Shown in pieces: positions 14,801-26,500 of a stretch of 64,000 nt of DNA. The notes under the pieces were generated by a model that searched no databases, had not been told where the DNA came from, and worked only from the letters and a program-made list of their open reading frames with translations. The translations under genes were made by a program, and so were the position numbers. The stretch is from Octopus vulgaris. Lineage: Eukaryota. Every line of letters starts with the position of its first letter. The stretch's first letter is position 1. The stretch is from positions 28,334,001 through 28,398,000 of the forward strand of contig OX597819.1 of the NCBI GenBank assembly GCA_951406725.2, read 5' to 3'.

Positions 14801-17158
14801 GCCAGTACCGCCTGACTGGCCCCCCATGCCGGTGGCACGTAAAAAGCACCCACTACACTCTCAGAGTTGTTGGCATTAGGAAGGGCATCCAGCTGTAGAA
14901 ACTCTGCCAGATCAAGATTGGAGCCTGGTGCAGCCATCTTGTTCGTCAGCCCTAAGTCAAAATCGTCCAACCTATGCTAGCATGGAAAGCGAACGTTAAA
15001 CGATGATGATGATGATATATATATATATATATTTACATACACGCGGACTCGCAGTCGTAGGATCGCGGTTTCGATTCCCAGACCGGGCGTTGTGTGTGTT
15101 TATTGAGCGAAAACACCTAAAAGCTCCATGAGGCTCCGGCAGGGGGTGGTGATCCCTGCTGTACTCTTTCACCACTATTTCTCTCACTCTTCTGTTCGCC
15201 TGCTCACTTAGCCAGCGGGGTGGTGTCGTTCAAAGGCTAAAAACAATGCAAACGCATTGTGACCAGTGATGTGTAGCAACATCTGATGGTCTGGTCGGTC
15301 ACGTGATCACATGATATACATAAACACACGCATACATGTGTGTGTATGTATACATTTGACTATAGTTTTAAATGAGCATCATCATCATCATCATCATTCA
15401 AGTGGTGTCACATGTTTCTAATCTTCCATGAAAACATGTCTAGTCATGGGAGAAATATTTAGCTTGACTGAAAACAGGAAGTCCATCTGTCTAGAGAAAA
15501 TCTGTCTCAATGGATTCTGCCTATTTTTTCAATGTAAGCATTGAAAATTAGATGTTAAAATAACAATAATGATGATTCTTATAATAGGAGAGAAAAACAA
15601 GGTTAGGTTGAAGGAATGGATATTTATTCTGCTGTAACATTTTACTTTCCAGATTTTACAAATATGTTGATTATAGGTCTAACTGTGTATTATGCATTAT
15701 TTGTTGTAAATGAAGATAATAATGTGATAGCTACAGGGTAAAAATGATGAAGATAATAATTATGCTATGGCTACTAGGCATATATGTCAAGGATAAAAAT
15801 TTTAGCATAAGGCCAGCAACTTTAGTAAGTCAGTTACATCAACTCCAGTACTCAACTAGTTAGATATCTTATTAGCCCTGAATGGATGAAAGGTAAAGTT
15901 GACCATGATGGAATTTGAACTTAGAACATTAGGAGCTGGAAGAAATGCTGCTAAGCAATGATTCTGCCAACCTGCTGCCTTAATGGTAAAGATAATAATC
16001 CTTTTTATTTTGGTAGAAGGTCTGAAATTTTGTGAGGACGGGGCTAGTTGATTACATTGACCCCAGGTACTTAATCCACAACCCCGAAAGGATGAGAGGC
16101 AAAGTTGACCTCAGTGGAATTTAAACTCAGAATGTAGCGTTATGCATTTCGTTCAGAATGTTAACAATTCTGTCAGCTTGCCGATTTAATGGTGAAGATA
16201 ATAATAATGACTGTTAACTTCTAAGTAAAGATGACAAAGATAATAATGTGTTTTAGCTAGTGTGAAAAGTACTAACAGTTGAGATCCCATGTCACAGGTA
16301 CTTGATTGTACCAACCACTCTGACACTTATTGCTGGTTGGCTCAGTCTACCTAGCTGTCAAGAGGTAAAATAATCACATAAACCAGTATATGAGATTGAT
16401 GTAAGAAATGGAAGAAAATGTTTCATTTGTTTACAGTGACGGGTTCAAGCCCTTCTATAATCTGGAGATTATACTATAAACTTCTATTAACTTATAGTAC
16501 TCCTGTATTATAAACTTCAAGCCAGAGACCCTTCAATTGATTTAGTTTGTCATGTCATTAAATTTGAACACTTGATTTTGATTACAGGTTGCATATAATG
16601 CTTTTTATGCAACTCATTCTGTAATCTTATTCAATCTTAAAGTTATCATGTACAAAATTCCTGTATCACAGCTATATCTTATTTGATTGCTATCATAAAA
16701 AATTCTTTAAAAACAAAAATCCTCATAAGTGTAACCATGGCTGTGTGGTTAAGAAGCTCACTTTGTAACACATTATTTCAAGTTCAGTCCCACTGCCTGA
16801 CATCTTGGGCAAGTGACTTCTACTTTATCCCTGGGCCAACTAATGCTTTGGGAGTGGATTTGGTAGACAGAAACTATGTGGAGGCCTATTGTGTGTGTGT
16901 GGGAGTGTGTGTGTATGTATATGTATACACAAACACACACACAGAGTAATCCCTCACCATATTGTGGTTCACCTATCGTGGTTTATCATTTAAGCTTGCG
17001 TTGATTCCTCCGTGATGTTGTTTTGTATTTATAATAAAATAAATATATATAAATTATAAAAACAAATATACAGTATAGTACTGTTTCTACTTCACGGATT
17101 TTCACCTATCGCGGGGAGTTTTGGAATGTAACACCCGCAATAGTCGAGGGATTACTGT

Positions 17159-17201
<43 letters not shown>

Positions 17202-17492
17202 TAATATGTATATATATATATATATAATTAAAATCAAGATGAGGGTGTAAGAATTGGCTATTAATTTAATAACACCAATTTAACACCAGTGGTCTAGCGC
17301 ATAAAAGACTGAGATTCAGTAAATATTATTAATACACAAATATGCGAGAGAATCCACTGTCTGGATGCTCTTATGCTAAAGATAGATCCGCAAGGGTCTC
17401 AACCACTAACCATTCTTAGTGGTTGAGACTCTTGCGGATCTATCTTTAGCGTAAGAGCATCCACATAGTGGATTCTCTCTCATCTTTGTGTA

Positions 17493-17536
<44 letters not shown>

Positions 17537-20500
17537 TAGATAGATATAATATGTATGTATATATGAATTGTAAAAAGATTTGTCATGTAAGCCTGGAACA
17601 ATGTGAGAAGGTTCAAAGTAAACCACAAGTACTCTGTACCTTCTTCTATTGTTTCAGCCTCCTTCCTTCATGATGCTTGACAACCAGTGTTGTTTTTTAT
17701 GTCCCCATAATTTGGCAGTTCACCAAAAGAGGCTGACACAATAAGTATGAGTTCTAAAACCTTTTGAGGTGGTGCCCCAGAATGACTACAGTCCAATGAC
17801 TAAAACAAATAAAAAAATAAAAGGAAGATTATTGAAACTTGTACAAAAGTATTTTTAACTATGTCTCAACTATTATATTTGAAATTATTAAAGAATTGAA
17901 TAGTTAAATAGTTTTGAATTATTAAAGAAATGAATGTAAATGTATGTAACATGACAAACTATTAAATAATTTTGTTTTTGAATTTTGTTACAGATTTATA
18001 ATATAAAAACAATAGCTGAAATTTCTGGTCAACAAGATGGATTTTTCATTGGTGCTGGAGCTGGCCCAGCTCATTTAGTAGGGGTCAATTCTGAGGTAAG
18101 TATTCTTTCTTTTCATTTACATGTGTGTGTTTGCACAAGCATGGCTGAGTTGTTCTGGGTTCAATCCCACTATGGGGCACCTTGGACAAGTGTCTTCTAC
18201 TACAGCCCAAGGACAACCAATGCTTTGGAAGTGACTTTGTTTGATTGAAGTTGTACAAAGCTCATTGTGTGTGTATATGTCTGTGTAAATGTTTACATTC
18301 TGTGCTTCTCTAAAAACATCGGTCACATTATTGACATTAATGGTGAAATGTTTGATTGGACCACCTTATGGATCCTCCTTCTTGGTCTCTTCAACATAGC
18401 TGAATTTAAGAGAGGTGAGAGAGAGAGAGGGAGAGAAACTGCCCCAGTAATTGACTTGTACCTTATTTATCAACTCCATAAGGAGGAAAGGCAATATTGA
18501 CCTCTGCAGGATTTAAACTAAAAGGGCAGAGAGTTTGAACAAATACTACCTACAAGGCAATCTATCCAAGTACTAGGTTTAACATAATTTCTTATACTCC
18601 ACCTCCAAAATATGAAGCCATGTGTCTATGTTAGAAATCATTTCTATTAACTTTACATTGGTTCAGCATCAATTCAATTAGTTATAACTCTCCCCCATAT
18701 TTCACACTGTGTGATTAAAAGCAAAATTCAGCTGTAACAAAACAAACAAACAAACAATTAAAAAATATTCCAGAAATATGTAAATGTTGCAGTTAGATCA
18801 TAAAAGAGCCATTGTAGCCATTTAAAAGCACGCAAAATTTGCTCAATTTACTTTTCATTTTTTTCTTGAAGTGTGAAAAATGTTTGTTACATAAGTGCAA
18901 TCTGGTTACTCATATGTATCTATGGATATGTTGCAGTTGTGGCATGAGAAAAATTGTCATGTCCTTGAAGTGACTAGAGTCCTCTCAATCCTATGCTGTC
19001 TCTGAACAAATGCTAGTCACTTTACAAAGTGTATTGTATGTATCTTATTGTGACACCAATGCAAGGAAAGTTATCTTGTCCTTTGTGAAATTAAGGAGCC
19101 CTCTCTACTGAATGAAAGTGTGAGTAGAAGTGGGTGATGACCAAGAATGTGACAGGAGAGAGTTTGAGTGAGTATGATGTGAGAAATAATAATGGGATGG
19201 TAGAATTGGGAAAAAGAGAGTATGACAGCTATATGTTGGTTCTTGGTAAGGACATCGAATAGAAAAACAGCATAAGCAGCTTGATGGGATAACAATAAAG
19301 ATGTGTCACTGTAAAAGAGAGCAACTGGTGGGTAGTGATCTACTATGATGTATTTATAACTGTACTTTAGTGTCATGGTGACTGATGATGAAATCTATGA
19401 ATTATGTTGTAGATGATGTGCAATGTGAACCTAAATAAACCAGATGGGTGTCAGACTTACATCGCAAAGGTCGATCCTGAGGTAAGAAGTTTTAAAAAAA
19501 TTACTGAGGATGTTGTTTCTCATATTGCTGTAACTATTGTTTGTCGTGTCCTTTGTTGTTTAACTCCAGGTCAGCTCTTACTGAGCAGACTTATCAATAG
19601 AATTTCCAGTCATGATTATCCTGTGTTTTTTTTTTTTGTTTTTAAGTAGTGGATTACCATTCTTAGACGTGCACAATGGTAAATGTAATGTGTTTTAATG
19701 GTAAATGTAATGTGTTTTAATGTGTTTTAATTTCTCAAATAAAGACTAGAGAAATTGTTTTTCATCATGGTGATATTTTGCATGGTTAAGATGCAAATAT
19801 CTGATATGCAGTAAGATTATTTTTCTTCAAAGTGTAAATACCATCTTTGATCAGTAAACAAAAGCTGATTAGTCAGTAGTGGCAACAAATAACTTTGTTT
19901 AGTTCCTAATTCACTGTGATACAATATTAATGATAGGATGCAATTAAATTTTCTCTTTTGCATCAGTATCCCTATATCTTTTTAGTTGTAAATTTACATA
20001 GTGTTGAAGCCTTCTGGATGGCTTTAGTACACCTAACCACTTAACCACGAAAGAGTAGTGTACATTGGTGACCTTAGAGATCTTTATTCAGGGCCTCTTC
20101 AAAGAAAAAGGGACTCTAGAATTCAAAAGAATCTGTATGGGAAGCAATGTCAATAAAATCCAAAGAGTTTTTCTAGGTGTCAGTATGTGAGGAGTAAGGT
20201 AGGTCTAATGTGTCAGGAGACCTCTGATTTAGCAGACCTTTCCACTCCTCACAGCAATGAAAATCTATTGACACTTACGAATCCTTTTTGGAGAATATGG
20301 TAAGCTTGCAGTATTAGATGGGATGAGATGCGTATAATTTGCCAGGTGTGCATTCTATCTGAATGAAAGATTGATTATGTAACAGTTTAATATTAAAAGA
20401 ACATGGAATCATAAGCAGTAAATGTTGAAAAAAAGACTTGTTTAATAAATTGTTGATGTATAATACTTTCATCGTATTACTAAATAATTGATTAAAAAAA

Positions 20501-23500
20501 ATACTGTATTTATAATGAAAATATTATATTTTTCTTTGTTAAGCATTATTTTGACTTGGGATGATAGAGTATAATCTATCAACTGGTTTAACACCACCAT
20601 CTGTCTATTAAGTGTTTTAACAAGGTCCACTTTTTTGCAAGTATTTGGGCTATTTCTCTGTTTTAAGACTAACTTCCTCCTTTCCTCCCACCTGTCTTAG
20701 AGGCCCTGAAAAGTGTCATGGACTCTACCATTCTTCCCATTTAATCCTTTAATATTCACATTGCTGTGTCAAATGTAATGCTTGCTTATTCACATTACTT
20801 TGAATTAATCATGCATTATCCTGTAGCTTTGAAATTTTGATGAAGTAACTTTATTTTTAGACTGACATTGTTGGTTGGTGGGAGATGCCAGACCTGGTCT
20901 GTTTGAACATGAAACATGTAGAATATTTTGGTTGGATATAGCCCATTTAAATGCTAAAGAGTTAAACCATTAAAAAAGCATTATTATAATGATTTGCTTC
21001 TATCTTTTTATTTTAAATTTTCATTTTTAGAATGGTTGTTTTAATCTAAAACAAATTGAACATCCAAGTTTTATGTTAATGGCTAATTTACTTTGCTGTG
21101 AAGGCAAACGGGGAAAGGTAATAATTTTTTTCACTTTATTATCAAATCACTTAAATATGATTTAATCCATTCCTCTAATGCTATTTTTTTTTTCAGAATG
21201 AATGTTTTATTTGTAGACAATTATTTTCTTTTGTAAAAAATAAGTATAAGAAGATAAAATTAAATTTTTTTAAGGATGTTGTAATAATGAAATATTTGGA
21301 GAAACTGGTTCTAAAATTAGCTTAAATTTTATTGTTTATAAGTTTTAAAAGGAACATGGAATTGTTGCTATTGTCATCAGTGTCACTGTTTTACATTTAC
21401 TTTTCTATGCTTGTGTGAACTGGGTGATATTTCTGAGGTAGTGTTTTATGGAAGCCCTGCCTATTGCTTCTCAATGTAGTCTCCTCTTATGACATACAGG
21501 GACATAATGTACCTATTCTAAATCTGAAATACACACAGTAAAGATCTGAAACAATAATTTGTTTGATAGTGTTACATTGAGAAGCAGTAAATTTGATTTA
21601 TAATGTTTAGATTTAGCAGATATACATCATCATCACTGCTGCAACTGCCTTAACATTTACTTTTTCATGTTTGCATGAGTCAGATGAGCAGTTTAGAGAG
21701 TTCATTACAAAGTAGGGACAGCTTTGATAATGTATAGGTTGGGTTTATATTAAAATGGAAAACCACGGATACTATTTTACTAGTTTAATAATTGCAAAAG
21801 TTCTTAACTAGGAACATAAGAAACTCTACATCATATTTGTTACCTAGAAAAGGTGTTTAATAGGTTCCACTGTTTTGCAGTTTGGTGGGATGTGTGGTGA
21901 GTATTAGTAGTTGACTAAGGTATGATGAATGTGCAGAAGCAATTAATATCAAGATCATACATGAAATGGGGTGGAGGGGGGAGGTGTCTATGAATTGCTT
22001 AGATGGCTTGTTAAATGTAGTTGATACTTGCTCTTATTCAGGGTGACCTAATTAGTGCTTTGGAAGATGTCAGTGAAAGTATAGTAACTAGAGCAAGTAA
22101 CAGTGGAAGAGATTCAGTTGGCAACCAAAGGATTCTGTCTTTCTTTCTCTCTGTTTCCACAAAAAGATTGGATGAAGCTCATGTAATGTGTGAAGTTGCA
22201 TGCTTCAAAGATCTGGGTAGTGATTATACATATATGAAGGCTGGAGAGAAATAAGACAGTTATGATACGTTGAACCTACAGTGTTAGTTAAATTGCATGG
22301 AAGACAGAACATGTAGGCTTAGAGAATAACTAGATATCAAAATCCTCAGCACAAGAGTTTTCTGCTCTGGTAGATATAGATGTATAATGAGAATGGGTGA
22401 TATGTATTGAAAAAAATAAATGCAATGTATTGACAGAAATATTTATGGAAGAGGAAGACCCAAGGAGGATATGAAAAATGGTGAGATTAAATCTGAGGAT
22501 ATCGGGTCTTACATATGAAGAATTGCGGGACAGTCAAGTGGCAATTTAACAAACTGCAGACTCATTTAACCCATTCTACTAGGAATATCAGTTGATGAAC
22601 TGTAACTATTTACCAGTAACAAATACATTTAGGGTTTTATTAGATTTTATTGAATATTTGTAAATTATCTGTTACTGTGCAAGGGACTGAGTAAATTAAA
22701 ATTTTTAAAAAAATTATTTTTTCATTGAACAACCAAATAGAAAGAGAATTTTCTGGAATGATATGTATTGGAAAATAGGTAACAATTAGTTGATGTTGAA
22801 GATTATGATGATCATGATGCCAATGTCGACAATTGTAGTTGCTACTACTGCTGTTTTACATATGACTATAGAATTCCTTCTTCAAGATGTCACTTCAGTG
22901 ATATTTATGGCATTGTAAACTATAAGAAATAGCCTCACTAATATACATAATAAATGCACTATGACATTTTTTTTAAAGCACTGAGTGAATAGTTATCTCC
23001 TTTGTAAATATCGATAAAGTATACTGTGGCAGTGACAGTGTCAATAATAGCATAGATGGATCTTTTCAGTTTGAACGGCAGTTTTTTCTAGCGGTGTCAT
23101 ATGAAATTGTCACCTATAATTATGACCCTAGTATCGATCTATTGCATTTCAATCTATTTTAGGGTTATGGGTGGGGGGAAGGGTATCTTTTTTTATTCAC
23201 AAATGTAAATAAACCCAATCTGTTTCTTAAACGAGGGACATATTCATACGGCACAGAATGTTTTTTTTACCTCAATGGAGGTCATTGATTGGTTGAAATT
23301 GCAGAAATTGAAGAAAAAAAACAACAAATATCTTACAAACTATAGAATTTTCTCAATAAAGCCAAGAGAAAAAGATGTTTTATAAACACATTCTAACAGT
23401 ATACGAAGTTTAAAATTTTTTAGTTACCTAGAAATTAAGATCCGCATAGATAACATATGTATGCATGCAGGCAGGCAGATAGATGTCATAAATGACAGCA

Positions 23501-26500
23501 TAATTAGTTGCTGTTAATAATTAGCATATGTTAGTTTAAGTATCATACACCTACTGTTTATGCAAATGAATAAAATACATTAACAATGATATACTAAAAT
23601 AGAAATATCTATGTATTGAATAATTGGAATTAAATATTTGTTCAATTAATTTCAGAAATTGTGATTTTATTTTTAGGTAATTGAAGTGAAAGCAAGCAAG
23701 CGCATTGGTGATGATAATTTTCCCACAGCAATTCGGAAAACTTTAAAGTCTAAATATGGCAGTGAACCTGTTGCATTAGGTGGTTTATTTGTCATGGAAA
23801 ATGGTAAAGCTAAGCTTCATATTATGGTAAGCACTTGGTTTCTATTTTGAAGAATACTTTTTGTCTGATCCAATTATTTGCACTTGTTATTGACATTATG
23901 AAATTGTCTCAGTACCTTAAAAGGTTTTCTTAAACAGACATAAGGTGCCATGTTGGTGGAATCATTAGTGCACTGGACAAAATGCTTAGTGGCATTTCTT
24001 CAGGCTCTTTACATTCTGAGTTCAAATCTTACTGAGGCCAACTTTGCCCTTTATCCTTTTGGGGGTTAATGATATATAGTAGCAATCAAATACTGGGATT
24101 GGTGTAATCAACTAACCCACTTCCCCTAAAATTACTATCTTTGTTTCAAAATTTGAAACATTTTTAAAAACTGGCATGATGCATTAGCAAGTGAAGTTAT
24201 CTTTATACAAAGTATTATATGATAATTAATATTCTACTAATTTTGATGTATCTCATGTCTCAGTTATGTCTTTCATACTGTTCCTTCTGTATTTCAATGA
24301 ATTTCTTGATATTTGTAGTCTCATCCACTTCTATGGTTATACCACTCTTCACTTTTCTGTTACTCTCAGCACACAGGTGTTTGTCCACATACAAACTGGT
24401 TCCCTTATGTGGGACTTCCATGAGCAGAAACCTCAGAAACATACTCCAATGTGGATATGATAACCTACTTTCCTTAAACAGTTGCCAATCATTATTTATT
24501 GGAGCATCAACAGCAGTAATAGAAGTTCATTTGAATTCATCTTTTATTTGTTTCAGTCATTTCACTGTGGCACTGCTTTGAAAGGTTTTAGTCAAAGAAA
24601 TTGACCAAAGTTTTTTTTGGTTTTTTTTTTTTAAGTCTGGTATTTATTCTGTTAGTCTCTTTTGCTGAGCCACTAATTTACAAGGACATAAACAAACTAA
24701 CACAAGTTGTGTGTCAGTGGTGGGACAGATGCAAACACAAACACACACACACTTACACCCATATGTACAACAGGGTTCTTTCAGTTTCCATCTACTATTT
24801 CCTCCCACAAGGCTTTTATCAACCTGAACCTATTGTAGGAGGCACGGAACTAAACCTAAAACCATGTGGTTGGGAAGCAAACTTCTTATGTTGATAAGGT
24901 TTAATTGAAAGCTCTTGATTTTACTGGTTATCAGGCCCAGTCACTGCCAGATTTGACTGGGCCTGATGAAGCCTTCTGGCTTCACAGACCCCAGTAGAAC
25001 CGTCCAACCCATGCTAGCATGGAAAACGGACGCTAAACGACGATGATGATGATGATGATGATTAGTTTCCATGATAAAAAATTGATGACAAGTTAATCAA
25101 TGCTTATAATCCCATTTGATATTCTTTGAATTACATCATATTTTTATGAATATTTCTAAATATTTTGTAGTAAAATTTGCTTCAATTTATTTCTTCCAAC
25201 AGCCTGATTTCAGTTGTAAACCAATAAATAATGTCACAGAACTTGATAACTGGCTTCGTTTTTATGAAGCAAATGCACCTTTGGTATGTCTTGGAATACT
25301 GATTTCTCATGATCCTGTAAGTTTTATGCTTTTATATATATATATATAGTGTTTATTTTTTTTACTTATTTCACTCATTAGACTGCAGCTATGCTGGGGC
25401 ACCACATTGAAGGATTTTTACCGAATGAATCTACTCCAGTCCTTTTTTTTTTTTGTATCAAACCTGGTACTTATTCTGTCAGTCTTCTTGTTGAACTGCT
25501 AAGTTATGGGCATGTATGTAAACACACCATCACTGGTTGTGAAGTGGTAATTGGGGGACAAATACGAAGACACACATATATATGACAAGTTTCTTTCAGT
25601 TTCTGTCTAACAAACCCACTCACAAAGCTTTGGTCAGCATGAGGCTATAGAAGACAGTTGCGCAAGGTACCACACAGAGGGACTGAACCCAGAACCATGT
25701 GGTTGGGAAGCAAATTTCTTACCACACAGCCATGCCTCTATCTATTATATATAGTAAAAAGGAAAGTGGGACTGCCCGGGACACTTTAGAGGACCTCTGA
25801 GCCTCATGTCAGGGAAGAAGATATCTATATGCTGGAGACCTAGCTTGAGTGCTTGTAACAGAGTGGACACCTCTAAAGGCACCCAAGGACAGATGGTGAT
25901 GCTAAACTAGGCAACAAATTTCATCTACCTCTAATGTATTAAGAACTATGTGCTTATCAGTGAGCATTTTTATATTTTTAATAGCAGTTACTTGTTAGAG
26001 ACTATGACTTGGTAGTAAGTAGCATGTTGTTATGAATTGTTTTAGGTGCCAATGTTGTTGTGAACTGACGTAGACGCCCACCCTTCTGGACTGTTTGTCC
26101 TAATCTTGATCCAATAGAATATTGAGAATGTAATAGTTGGGGGAGAGAGAGAGAGAGACGGTGGCACTAGCACTTGGCTGGTACTCATTTTCAGCTGGGT
26201 AGACTAGAGCAACACAAAATGAAGTACCTTGTTCACATACACAACATACTGCCCAGTCCAGGAATTGAACTCATTAGGCCACAAGTCTTAAAGTGAAGGT
26301 GTGCGACCTAGTTAAGATGTTGGGTTTCATAGAGTTTAATATCCTGAGGTCAGCTTTCAACACTTCTGTCCATGTATTCCCCAGTCTTCTTTTGCATGTT
26401 CCTTCCACCATTCACTTCATATAACATGCCTATACCAGTTATAGAACAGAAGACAAAGATGCTAGTAGTATTAAAATATGAACTACAAACGTATCAATTT

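Noticed and set aside
24219-24581. 120-aa hydrophobic ORF in C11orf54 intron 7
   Set aside because: No recognisable motif; the gene model is complete without it
24960-24995. CTGATGA hammerhead-like core followed by a small stem
   Set aside because: No GAAA or stem III; it is a variant of the RTE 3' UTR sequence
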